This document shows, piece by piece, positions 1-8,889 of a DNA stretch of 64,000 nt (position 1 is its first letter; each line of letters begins with the position of its first letter). The notes under the pieces are model-generated. The model saw only the letters and a list, made by a program, of their open reading frames with translations. It made no database searches and had not been told where the DNA came from. Origin of the DNA: Candidatus Hydrogenedens terephthalaticus JGI OTU-1 (GTDB taxonomy: Bacteria > Hydrogenedentota > Hydrogenedentia > Hydrogenedentales > Hydrogenedentaceae); the NCBI GenBank assembly GCA_000493945.1, contig AWNW01000008.1, positions 466 through 64,465 of the forward strand, read 5' to 3'. The position numbers and the translations under genes are program-made.

Positions 1-35
1 CTTGTTGTTCTCCTCCTCGCCATGTCTGTTGTTCG

Positions 36-1202
36 TCAATATGTAATATTTTCACGATGAAACTCCAATGCCTTAAAGTATGCTTCTAATGTTTTATTAA
101 CAAACTGTTCTGTGCTAAACATATAGATTGCTCGTTCTCTGGCTTTTTTTCCCATTTCTATTCTTGTTTTCGGATCTTTTACAAGTTCCTTGATTGCCTG
201 TGCTAACGGTTCCACAGTTTCTGCGGGAACAATTTTGCCTTCGACACCATCATCTATAATTTCGGGAAGACCTCCATAATTGGAGGCAATTACAGGTTTC
301 CCCTCTGCCATGGCTTCTTTTAGACTGAACGATGATGTGTCACAGTCAATAGAAGGGAGAACAGCAATATCAAAAGCCTGTGTGCAATATGCCATATCTT
401 TGCGATACCCTGCGAAAACAATTTTGTCAGAAATACCTAAATCAATGGCTAATTTTTTTAGTTCCTTTTCTAGTGCACCCGCTCCTAATACAAGCAACTT
501 TGCTTCTGGACATTCGGCGGTAATCATTTGTAACGCTTTGAAGAGAAATATATGTCCTTTAGCAGGAGATAATCTTGCGGAGATGCCGCAAACAACATCC
601 GTGTCTTTAAAACCGAATTCTTTGCGAGATTTTTCTCTATGTTCATCATTATGTTGAAATTCTTTTATATCAACCCCATTGTGAATGGAACATATTCGGT
701 TTTCGGGGAAATGATTATTATTAATCAATTCCTGACGAACCAACTCACAGACAGCAATATGATAATCGGTGCATTTTAAGTTTAGCCAGCGATTTAATAT
801 GTGGTTGCTGAGTGTATAGGTATTATGACGAGTTCGAACAAGGCAAAAACGATGATGAAGTAATTGATTCGTAATTGCAGATGTCCAATGGTCTTGAGAA
901 CCGTTTACATGGATAATATCAGGGTTTATTTCCTGAAGGGTTGCCTTAAAAGTAATGATGTCTTCAATCCATTTTTTGGGTCTTAATCCGCCTGCGAAAT
1001 AGAACCTGTTTAGAGGTATATATTGAAACGGTTTGGCAAATTCGACAAAGATACTATTTTTTCGGCATCCCACATAAACTTCATGCCCTCGTTCACGAAG
1101 CCCTTTGGCAAGTCTGCAAACATAAGTAATTTGCCCGCCACCTTTTATGTGGGGGTCGGTAATAAGAATTCTTAACTTTTGGTTAGAAGGAGAATTTGTC
1201 AT
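36..1202 (-). CDS. GT4 family glycosyltransferase (GT-B fold)
   Basis: N-terminal GGGQITY..LAKGL..RGHEV, HNGVD, and C-terminal EAMAEGKPVIAS(N)xGGLPEII typical of GT4. Confidence 0.9.
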   Translation of the reverse strand: MTNSPSNQKLRILITDPHIKGGGQITYVCRLAKGLRERGHEVYVGCRKNSIFVEFAKPFQYIPLNRFYFAGGLRPKKWIEDIITFKATLQEINPDIIHVNGSQDHWTSAITNQLLHHRFCLVRTRHNTYTLSNHILNRWLNLKCTDYHIAVCELVRQELINNNHFPENRICSIHNGVDIKEFQHNDEHREKSRKEFGFKDTDVVCGISARLSPAKGHIFLFKALQMITAECPEAKLLVLGAGALEKELKKLAIDLGISDKIVFAGYRKDMAYCTQAFDIAVLPSIDCDTSSFSLKEAMAEGKPVIASNYGGLPEIIDDGVEGKIVPAETVEPLAQAIKELVKDPKTRIEMGKKARERAIYMFSTEQFVNKTLEAYFKALEFHRENITY

Positions 1203-1278
1203 TTCAGTCGGTTATTTTACAGGGATTGAAAAGGTTTAAAAAATTATTTTTTAGCAATGCAGATATTATACTTAATTA

Positions 1279-1488
1279 TTACGAATTAATTTCAGGATTA
1301 ATTTTATCAATATCAGGATTTTCTGCATTGTTTTTTTCTATCTCTACTTCTTCTTTTTGGGAGTCTTTTAATGTTTCGAGTATTTTTTGATTAACAGTAT
1401 CAAGGAATTGAATGGCACTGTTCAGTTCTTGTTCAATAGATTCTAATGCTTCATCTTTATTTAATTTTATGTTTCGTTTTTTACTCAT
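1279..1488 (-). CDS. small acidic, probably coiled-coil hypothetical protein (69 aa)
   Basis: Fills the gap between the HDOD and GT4 genes on the same strand; AAGGA upstream of ATG; helical heptad-like composition. Confidence 0.6.
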   Translation of the reverse strand: MSKKRNIKLNKDEALESIEQELNSAIQFLDTVNQKILETLKDSQKEEVEIEKNNAENPDIDKINPEINS

Positions 1489-1510
1489 CTTAGAATCCTT
1501 TTTGTATTTT

Positions 1511-2392
1511 TTAAGACAGGCTATCCAAATCTATTTTACTTTGAGAAAGAATTATCTGTTTGGATTTTTTTATTTCTTCCCATAAACTTTTGCAATTTTC
1601 AAAAGTATTACCAAGTATATTAAAGGATTTTTGTATGGTTTCTTCATAAAAGATGGACTCCTGAATTTCTATCAGGGAGTATCGAGCCAATCTAAGTAAT
1701 GCGGATAATTTAGGGTCAATGGCGCTATCTATCGGTAAATAATCTATATCGTATTGTCGCCAGATAGTATCACAAAGGACTGGCGGGATATCCCAATCCT
1801 TCAAAAAGATATTTGCTATATCCGTTTGTATAAAGCCGAAGTGTTGTTGTTCAAGTTCTAACTGTTTTTTGTGATTATTGTGGGATTGATTTATAAGTTC
1901 AAAATATTTTTGAGGTATTTCACTAAGTAGAATAGATGCTCCTATATTGGCAAGAAGTCCTACAAGAAAGTCTTCCCCTTCGTAAGGTAGTTTTAATGAT
2001 TGCGATAACTCACGGCAGAAGGAAGCCATAAAAAGGCTTTCTCGCCATAGTTTTTTATAGAGTTCCTGATACTGTAAATTTTTAAATTTCATTAAGTCAA
2101 GGACTGCTGACCCGATAAGGATACATCGGAATTCACGAATGCCAAGTATAACTAAAGCCAGTTGTAGGTTTGTTACACGATGTTTAAGACCATAATAAGG
2201 GGAGTTGGCAATACGAAGTAAACGCCCTGACAAATTAGGGTCTTGAGATATGATTTTAATTACCTTATCATAACTTACAGAAGGGTCTGCAGTAATGCGT
2301 AGAGCCTCAGATAATACAACAGGCACGGAAGGTAACCCTTTGAATTTCCGTATCATTTCTTCTGCTATTTTTAGATTATCATGCGTTTCCAT
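1511..2392 (-). CDS. HDOD domain signalling protein
   Basis: LPSVP..L, DP.LSGRLLRIANSPYYG, LGI, LW..SL, GLLANIG pattern of HDOD. Start moved to ATG at 2392 (METHDN) to avoid the overlap with the USP gene. Confidence 0.85.
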   Translation of the reverse strand: METHDNLKIAEEMIRKFKGLPSVPVVLSEALRITADPSVSYDKVIKIISQDPNLSGRLLRIANSPYYGLKHRVTNLQLALVILGIREFRCILIGSAVLDLMKFKNLQYQELYKKLWRESLFMASFCRELSQSLKLPYEGEDFLVGLLANIGASILLSEIPQKYFELINQSHNNHKKQLELEQQHFGFIQTDIANIFLKDWDIPPVLCDTIWRQYDIDYLPIDSAIDPKLSALLRLARYSLIEIQESIFYEETIQKSFNILGNTFENCKSLWEEIKKSKQIILSQSKIDLDSLS

Positions 2393-2403
2393 AAGAGTAT
2401 TTT

Positions 2404-3243
2404 TTAACCCAGCCTTGTTAGAAGTGTTGGACATGTAGATGTATGAATTACAGAATGAGTATTGCTCCCTAAGAGCCATTCATGGACACGATTTTTTCCG
2501 AAAGCGCCCATAACAATTAATTCCGCAGAAATTTTACTTGCTGTATTTAATATTCCTGATGAAGGAGAGTTCTCATGAACTATATGGGATAAAAAAGAAA
2601 CCTCATTGGTTTTTAAGTATTTTATCGCCTCGTTTATGATTTCTTCTTCGGGTTTGTTTGCCACATAAACAACATGACAGGTAACATCCCATGTTTTTGC
2701 TAATTCAGTAGAGATACGAAGTGCTTCTTTTGCTGAGGGTGAACCGTCATAGGCAAGAATAAACGGTCCCCGTCGAAATTCAGCCTGATTTGTTATAAGG
2801 ACCGGGCGTTTGGAACGACGAATAACTGCCTGAGTAGTTCCTCCTAAGAAACCTTCTGACCAGCGGGAGTTTTCGCCTGACTTGCCTATAATAATAATGT
2901 CGTATAGTTCGCTTTCCTCTATAATTGTTCGTGAAATAATACCCGTCTTTAATATTTTTTCACAGGAAATTTCATTTTTCTGACACTCTGTTTCACTTAT
3001 GCTTAATATTTGCTTTCCTCGCTCTTCCAATAAAGCATGTATCTGGTTTTGATAATTTGTCCACGGTGTTACACCTAATATGCTACTTACATCGCGTAAA
3101 AGAGGACCTTCTAAAAGTTTAATATCAATAACATGAAGAAGAGTTAGAGAACCCTTAACATTTTTTGCCCAATGAATAGCATATTTTAGCCCCTTTAACG
3201 ATTGTTCACTTCCATCCACAGGGACTAATATTCTTCGAAACAT
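2404..3243 (-). CDS. tandem-domain universal stress protein
   Basis: ILVPVDGSEQS, second domain ILAYDGSPSA, IVMGAFG..R..EWLLGS.T..V. Confidence 0.92.
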   Translation of the reverse strand: MFRRILVPVDGSEQSLKGLKYAIHWAKNVKGSLTLLHVIDIKLLEGPLLRDVSSILGVTPWTNYQNQIHALLEERGKQILSISETECQKNEISCEKILKTGIISRTIIEESELYDIIIIGKSGENSRWSEGFLGGTTQAVIRRSKRPVLITNQAEFRRGPFILAYDGSPSAKEALRISTELAKTWDVTCHVVYVANKPEEEIINEAIKYLKTNEVSFLSHIVHENSPSSGILNTASKISAELIVMGAFGKNRVHEWLLGSNTHSVIHTSTCPTLLTRLG

Positions 3244-3875
3244 CAGGTTGTTTTCCTTTTAATGAACTCTCCAAAATTTTGTAAAATTTGTAATCCGAAT
3301 TGTTGACTTTTTTCCGGATGAAATTGGACACCAAAAACAGAGCCATTTCCTACCATGCAGGGAAAAGAAACTCCATAATCGCAGGTAGCAAGGACAATGT
3401 TTTCATCGGTAGGTTGAGGGTAGTAACTATGAACAAAGTAAGCATAACCTCCTTTACCCGAAGGAAGTAAAGGATTGTTTTTACCAGGAACAGGTTGAAC
3501 CAAATTCCAACCCATGTGAGGCACTTTGAGCCCCGTTTTTTCTGTTGATGGGAATCGAATTACTTTCCCCTTAAAAATTCCTAATCCTTCAGATCCACCT
3601 CCTTCTTCTCCATATTCAAAAAGAAGTTGTAGCCCTATACATATCCCTAATAAGGGCTTACCCGTTTGAACAAACTCTTTGATGGGGTCAACAAATCCTT
3701 TTTGTTTTAAACCTTCATAACAATCGCGAAAAGCCCCTACGCCCGGCAATATCCCAGCATCGGCATCCTTCAGGTCTTTGGGATTTTCTGTGATTACTGC
3801 TTCGCAACCGACCTTTTCCAGTGCTTTCTGTGCACTTCTTAAATTTCCCATTCCATAATCTATAATTGCAATCAT
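3243..3875 (-). CDS. hisH: imidazole glycerol phosphate synthase, glutamine amidotransferase subunit
   Basis: IIDYGMGNLRS, LPGVGAF, GICIGLQ (catalytic Cys), VPHMGWN, QFHPEKS. Confidence 0.97.
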   Translation of the reverse strand: MIAIIDYGMGNLRSAQKALEKVGCEAVITENPKDLKDADAGILPGVGAFRDCYEGLKQKGFVDPIKEFVQTGKPLLGICIGLQLLFEYGEEGGGSEGLGIFKGKVIRFPSTEKTGLKVPHMGWNLVQPVPGKNNPLLPSGKGGYAYFVHSYYPQPTDENIVLATCDYGVSFPCMVGNGSVFGVQFHPEKSQQFGLQILQNFGEFIKRKTT

Positions 3876-4465
3876 GAATCAATCATTCCTTTTGTCGAAG
3901 AACCGTAACGAGCATAGTTGGTATTTTCTTCCAGAGATTGAGCGAGTGCTCGGGCACATGCCTTAAAAATGGCTTCTATGCAGTGATGCGTGTTTTTTCC
4001 ATATCGTAATATGATATGTAAAGTTATTTTGAAATGATTTGAAAAGGCTCTGAAAAATTCTTCGGTAAGTTCTATATCAAATGTTCCTAATTTAACACGG
4101 GGTAAATCCGCAGAAAAATGAAGATAGGGTCTTCCACTGAGGTCTATGGCAACTTCGGAAAGAGCCTCATCCATCGGGACTACAGCATGACCAAAACGGT
4201 TCCTTTTTTCTATGTCAGGAAAGAGTTGGGTGCAGGCTTTACCCAGACAGATTCCAACATCTTCTACGGTATGATGAGCATCTACTTCCAAATCACCTTT
4301 TGCATCTAATTCAATATCCATCCCGGAGTGTTTGGAGAAAAGTGTTAACATGTGGTCTAAAAAACCGACACCTGTATTTATTTTTGATTGTCCAGTTCCC
4401 GGGAAACGGACTAATAATTCAATGTCTGTTTCTTTGGATTTACGAGTGATCTTTGCTTCTGCCAT
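3872..4465 (-). CDS. hisB: imidazoleglycerol-phosphate dehydratase (monofunctional)
   Basis: TGVGFLDHML, DAHHTVED, PMDEAL, NTHHCIEAIFKA; no N-terminal HAD phosphatase domain. Confidence 0.97.
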   Translation of the reverse strand: MAEAKITRKSKETDIELLVRFPGTGQSKINTGVGFLDHMLTLFSKHSGMDIELDAKGDLEVDAHHTVEDVGICLGKACTQLFPDIEKRNRFGHAVVPMDEALSEVAIDLSGRPYLHFSADLPRVKLGTFDIELTEEFFRAFSNHFKITLHIILRYGKNTHHCIEAIFKACARALAQSLEENTNYARYGSSTKGMIDS

Positions 4466-4503
4466 AATTGAAGAACCTTACCGCTTTAGTTAAAAATTGA
4501 AGA

Positions 4504-5229
4504 CTATCTTCCATGTTGTAGCCGTTCCGCAAGGAAAGGATGCAAACTTGCTTCAAGCACTTTTCTTGCGGTGACTTCTATATTATACTCTACCCGAACC
4601 TGTTTGTATATATTGGTTTCTGTGTCTAAAATTCCGAAAGCGGCACGCGAATCACCATCGCGAGGTTGTCCTACAGATCCCGGATTAATGAAATATGTTT
4701 TTCCCCGTTTCATCTTAAAATTTCCATCTTCATCGGGACTGTAAGTTCCATCGGAAGAGAGAATAACAGGTATATGTGTGTGTCCATGGAAACATAAGTC
4801 GGTGTTTTGTTCCTCAAAAAAGTATAAGAAGGGATGAACATCTTCCCATGTGAAGATATAAGTATTATGATTTTTTGGAGCCCCATGAACAGCTGCGAAA
4901 TCAACAAAGTTCAATGTGTCGGGTAGGCGTTGTAACCATTCTTTATTATCTTCTGTCAATTCCTTTCGCGTCCAGAGAATAGCCGGTAGAGCCACAGCAT
5001 TAAATCCCCACGGTTCTTCTAATTCACAAGCAACGGCATCATGATTTCCCAATATTGTGGGTATTTGGCGTTCCCTTAAAATGTCAATACATTCGTTAGG
5101 TTCTGCATTATAACCGACAACATCGCCTAAACAAATTATCTGTTCAATTTTTTCTTTATCTATTGTATCTAACACAACTTTAAGTGCTTCAGCATTGGCA
5201 TGTATATCAGAAATTATTGCGTAAATCAA
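4504..5229 (-). CDS. calcineurin-like metallophosphoesterase
   Basis: SDIHAN, GDVVGY, GNHD, VHG, GHTH, NPGSVGQPRDG motifs; TTG start preceded by GGAG. Confidence 0.9.
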   Translation of the reverse strand: MIYAIISDIHANAEALKVVLDTIDKEKIEQIICLGDVVGYNAEPNECIDILRERQIPTILGNHDAVACELEEPWGFNAVALPAILWTRKELTEDNKEWLQRLPDTLNFVDFAAVHGAPKNHNTYIFTWEDVHPFLYFFEEQNTDLCFHGHTHIPVILSSDGTYSPDEDGNFKMKRGKTYFINPGSVGQPRDGDSRAAFGILDTETNIYKQVRVEYNIEVTARKVLEASLHPFLAERLQHGR

Positions 5230-5446
5230 AGAACAACTCCATTCGCAACATATAATAGTTTACAGTAAGTAGTATATTTTAATCATTTTAAGACCACAAG
5301 TTCTAATTGTAATATTTTGTAATAAGTCTAATATCTTTTTCAAACTTTGGTTGGAAGGGAACTTTTGATAAGTAGTGGTGTTTACAAGTAATGAAGTCTC
5401 AAGTAGAGACAAACAAAGATTAAAACAAATAGAAGGAGTTAGCAAG

Positions 5447-6352
5447 ATGAAAAAGAAACTTGTATTAACGCTGTTCACTGGATTATGTGTCATATTAATG
5501 ACACAATGGGCTATGGCTCAACCGCCCGAACCACAAGGTCCTCCACCTCCGGGTGCTATGGGTAAAGACAGACCTGGACCGCCTCCGGGACCACCGCCTA
5601 ATCGTCCCGCTATGGAAGAGGTATTTAAAAAAGCAGATAAGAATGCGGATGGGAATCTTACATTAGAAGAATTTATAGAAATGCATAAGAACCGTCCGCC
5701 CAGACCTCAAGGTCCACCTCCAGATGGTATGCGTCCTGATAAGCCTCCCCGAGAGGGCGGACCTCGTAGAGAAGGCGGACCTCCCGAAGGAAGACCAAAT
5801 CGCCCCGAAAGGCAAGAATTTTCGCCTGAGAAAATGAAACAACGGGCAGAAGAAGTTTTCAAAGAAGCAGATAAAGATGGTGATGGCAAATTGACCCTGG
5901 ATGAGTTTAAGTCAATTAAGCCTCCGCGTAGACCCAAACCTCCTTTAGCACCAAACGAACCTGTTCCTCCGGATAGAAGACCGGGACCGGAAAGTCAGAG
6001 ACCTATGGGCCAAAAGATTGTAGAATTGCTTAAAGAAGCAGATAAGAATAGTGATGGGAAAGTATCCTTAGAAGAGTTAAAGGCAGTTCGTCCACATATA
6101 ACTGAAGAACGATTTAAACTAATGGATACAGATAATGATGATTTTATCACAAAGGAAGATGTTTGCGATTGGGCAGAGCGTGCTCAAACAAAATTTAAAG
6201 AAGCAGATACGGATAATGATGGCAAACTCTCGCGTGAGGAGGTGAAAAAGTTATTCCCGAATATGAATGATGAAGCGTTTAATCGGAAGGATGATAATAA
6301 GGATGGCTTTTTAACCTTGGATGAACTGAAACCGAAATTCAGAAAAGACTAA
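5447..6352 (+). CDS. secreted multi-EF-hand protein with Pro/Gly-rich linkers
   Basis: AAGGAG at 5433-5438, ATG at 5447; signal peptide MKKKLVLTLFTGLCVILMTQWAMA; six DxDxDG-type loops (DKNADG, DKDGDG, DKNSDG, DTDNDD, DTDNDG, DDNKDG). Confidence 0.88.
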   Translation: MKKKLVLTLFTGLCVILMTQWAMAQPPEPQGPPPPGAMGKDRPGPPPGPPPNRPAMEEVFKKADKNADGNLTLEEFIEMHKNRPPRPQGPPPDGMRPDKPPREGGPRREGGPPEGRPNRPERQEFSPEKMKQRAEEVFKEADKDGDGKLTLDEFKSIKPPRRPKPPLAPNEPVPPDRRPGPESQRPMGQKIVELLKEADKNSDGKVSLEELKAVRPHITEERFKLMDTDNDDFITKEDVCDWAERAQTKFKEADTDNDGKLSREEVKKLFPNMNDEAFNRKDDNKDGFLTLDELKPKFRKD

Positions 6353-6385
6353 CCTTTTTTACCATATAACATTATCTCTCAATCC

Positions 6386-6413
6386 TTTACAGGGGCGAAA
6401 AATCTTTCGCCCC
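6386..6413 (+). repeat. REP-like palindrome, probably also acting as terminator of the EF-hand gene
   Basis: GGGGCGAAA-AATC-TTTCGCCCC perfect stem followed by ATTTTTG; related copies at 6529-6555 and 56788-56815. Confidence 0.75.
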
Positions 6414-6498
6414 ATTTTTGTTTTGCAGGTATCTTACTTGTGAGTAGTGAAATGAGTAATGAAAATAGTTTATGGGGATGTTTGGATTGTTTCTGTCG

Positions 6499-6521
6499 TT
6501 CCCTTCGACAGGCTCAGGGAA
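6499..6521. repeat. CCCTTCGACAGGCTCAGGG-type short intergenic repeat
   Basis: TTCCCTTCGACAGGCTCAGGGAA. Resembles the widespread CTTCGACA(A/G)GCTCAG repeat family (recognised from memory). Confidence 0.55.
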
Positions 6522-6528
6522 GAGATTT

Positions 6529-6555
6529 TTTACAGAAGTGAAAATCTTTCGCCCC
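6529..6555. repeat. degenerate second copy of the GGGGCGAAA REP
   Basis: TTTACAGAAGTGAAAATCTTTCGCCCC versus TTTACAGGGGCGAAAAATCTTTCGCCCC at 6386; abuts the TAG stop of the upstream minus-strand gene. Confidence 0.65.
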
Positions 6556-7610
6556 TATACGGAAGTTTGATTTGAAAGATTGGATGTTTTGTTATTAGAA
6601 GGATGGGATGAGAGTTGCTCTATATATATGCAAATAAGTCCAACGACAATAACGCTTATAAAATTGGCTCCATGTCCTAATATAGCAATAGCCCGTGCAA
6701 TATTAATATCTACCGTTGGAACGGTTAAAAGTAATCCTGCAATAATTCCTGCATGAAATTGCCCGATAAATCCTGGTGCTCCAGGAACACTTATAAAAAT
6801 GGATAATAATGTAATACTTACTGGAGGTGCATACCATGGATATTGTATATCAAATGCTTTGAAAAGAAAAATATAAGATAACCAAAAGGTTCCCCATGTG
6901 AGACAGGAAAAGAAGATGGCACCTAAGATGGCTTTAGGATTTTTTATCATACTAATAGCATCGCGTATATTTTCTGAAATTTTTGTAATAAAATGAACAA
7001 CCCTTTCTCCTAATACTTTTTCGCATTTCTTGATAAGAGTTAAAAACCTATGAGAATATAGATAATAGAAGACGCAGGCAATAATTATCAGGAAGATAAT
7101 CGTCATTGTCAATAGAGCGGTTTTTTGTATTAAATTGGCAGGTATCGTTACATTCAGCACATCGGGTGGAAGGACAATATCTTGTTTTGGATGAAAACCG
7201 ATTAGAGCAAAAATTAGCGCCATAAGCAGCCCTATTAAGTCAGAAGTTCTATCTAATGCGACATAAGTGAGGCTTTTAGATAAGGGTATATGTGTAAATT
7301 TTGTTAACATGCCAGCACGAATTGCTTCACCAATTCTACCGGGCAGCAGGAAATTTGCCATGAAGCCTATTTGCGTAGAGGTGAACAAATGACGAAACGA
7401 AACATTTTCGTTACTATTTACAATAAAGTTCCATCGAATTACACGGGTTAAAAAACTTAACAGGATTACCAAAACGCATAAGGCAAACCAGTGTAAGTGG
7501 CAGGATTTTATTGCCTTCCATAATTCTTCAATGTCTGTGGTGCGAAAGACAATCCAAAATAAAAAAAGACCGATAAAAGTAGCTATTAAGAAGCGTATAA
7601 TTTTCTTCAT
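6555..7610 (-). CDS. lysylphosphatidylglycerol synthase TM-domain / UPF0104 flippase-like membrane protein
   Basis: Multi-TM; R..RW, N.LLPGRIGEAIR, DR..D, PGAPGFIGQFH motifs. Confidence 0.88.
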   Translation of the reverse strand: MKKIIRFLIATFIGLFLFWIVFRTTDIEELWKAIKSCHLHWFALCVLVILLSFLTRVIRWNFIVNSNENVSFRHLFTSTQIGFMANFLLPGRIGEAIRAGMLTKFTHIPLSKSLTYVALDRTSDLIGLLMALIFALIGFHPKQDIVLPPDVLNVTIPANLIQKTALLTMTIIFLIIIACVFYYLYSHRFLTLIKKCEKVLGERVVHFITKISENIRDAISMIKNPKAILGAIFFSCLTWGTFWLSYIFLFKAFDIQYPWYAPPVSITLLSIFISVPGAPGFIGQFHAGIIAGLLLTVPTVDINIARAIAILGHGANFISVIVVGLICIYIEQLSSHPSNNKTSNLSNQTSV

Positions 7611-7660
7611 TAGTTTCCTATCATTAATTTTTTACAATAAAGAATAACTAAAATTAATAA

Positions 7661-8134
7661 TTAATGCAAATTGTACCCTTTAATCCAGGTTAGCCCCTGA
7701 GTTCGGAAATGTCGGGAAGGTTCCATTCTTCTTGCAGATGTATAAGCATCATAAGCCCATAGGATTTTTTCTGGAGAAGGCGATTTTTTCTTTTCTGATA
7801 TTTCCTTTGCAGCGGATTGAAATCCTTTATACATATCTAAAATACAACTCAAACACAAATCGCGATTGGGAAGTACTGGATGTTTTCCGCACATAGAGCA
7901 AACACGAATCTTAATTTTTTTCTCTTCGGAGGTTTTTTCTATTTCTTCATTTACATTTGTTTCGTTTTCATCGGGAGAAGTGAGAATTATTTTATGCTTT
8001 ATTAATTCCTCTTTTTGAACAGGAGTAGTTTTTTGTTTCCCAAGACATCGGGAACAGAGTGTCACCCCTGATTTTTTAGGCATCAATCTTCCGCATTCGG
8101 AACATCGGGCTATGTGGGCATTATCTAACGACAT
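7661..8134 (-). CDS. hypothetical protein with two Cys4 zinc ribbons
   Basis: CSECG-x11-CSRC and CSMCG-x10-CLSC; overlaps the coaE stop (14 nt), suggesting translational coupling. Confidence 0.7.
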   Translation of the reverse strand: MSLDNAHIARCSECGRLMPKKSGVTLCSRCLGKQKTTPVQKEELIKHKIILTSPDENETNVNEEIEKTSEEKKIKIRVCSMCGKHPVLPNRDLCLSCILDMYKGFQSAAKEISEKKKSPSPEKILWAYDAYTSARRMEPSRHFRTQGLTWIKGYNLH

Positions 8135-8732
8135 TGGAAATTTCCTTAATAATTTTTTCCGTTTCTTCTTCTAATTTTGTAAAGTTACCATTGTTGTGGA
8201 TTACCCATTTAGCCATAGACAATTTTTCTTCAGGTATTCTTTGCGACTGAATTCGTAGTTTGGCTTCTTCGTATGAAAGTTTCCGCGAACTCATAAGTCG
8301 CTGTATCCTTATTTCTTCTGGACAAATAATCAATATAATGCCGTTAAGCCATTCTGGCAAACGATTTTCATTTTCACCTATCAGTGCTGATTCAATTATG
8401 ATTATTTCAACTCCTTGTTGTTGGACTTGTTGTATCCTATTCATTATATCGGCAATAACCAGCGGATGTATAAGTTCGTTAATTCGATTTCTTTCTTCGG
8501 GATTGGAAAAAACAATTTGTCCTAACTTATCTCGGTCTATCTGACCATCTTTTAATACATCTTTTCCGTAGATGCCGATAATTTTTTCTTTGATTTCTGA
8601 CTTGGACAAAACACGGTGTCCAATTTCATCTGAATTTATCACATAAATTCCATGTTTTTGAAATATCTTTGCTACTTCTGTTTTTCCGCTGGCTATACCA
8701 CCAGTAAGTCCTATAATTTTCATAGAGAACAC
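8121..8732 (-). CDS. coaE: dephospho-CoA kinase
   Basis: IGLTGGIASGKT P-loop, IDRDKLGQIVF, LIHPLV, RLMSSR..SYEEA..RI.SQ. Confidence 0.95.
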   Translation of the reverse strand: MFSMKIIGLTGGIASGKTEVAKIFQKHGIYVINSDEIGHRVLSKSEIKEKIIGIYGKDVLKDGQIDRDKLGQIVFSNPEERNRINELIHPLVIADIMNRIQQVQQQGVEIIIIESALIGENENRLPEWLNGIILIICPEEIRIQRLMSSRKLSYEEAKLRIQSQRIPEEKLSMAKWVIHNNGNFTKLEEETEKIIKEISNVVR

Positions 8733-8830
8733 CTATTTATAGAATAACATATTTCCGTGAAGAATAGAATGAATATTTATCTATAATGATTTTATCAAAT
8801 GAGAATAATTTATCTCATGAAAACAAAAGA

Positions 8831-8859
8831 TTTACAAACCGATTTAATAAGGGTATAAT
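8831..8859 (+). promoter_or_regulatory. sigma70-type promoter
   Basis: TTTACA-N17-TATAAT, 30 nt upstream of the ATG at 8890. Confidence 0.6.
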
Positions 8860-8889
8860 AATAACAAGATTATTATTGAGGACTAATAT

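Noticed and set aside
2393-2479. Longer HDOD start (MALREQ) overlapping the USP gene by 76 nt
   Set aside because: The extension has no HDOD similarity; ATG 2392 removes the overlap
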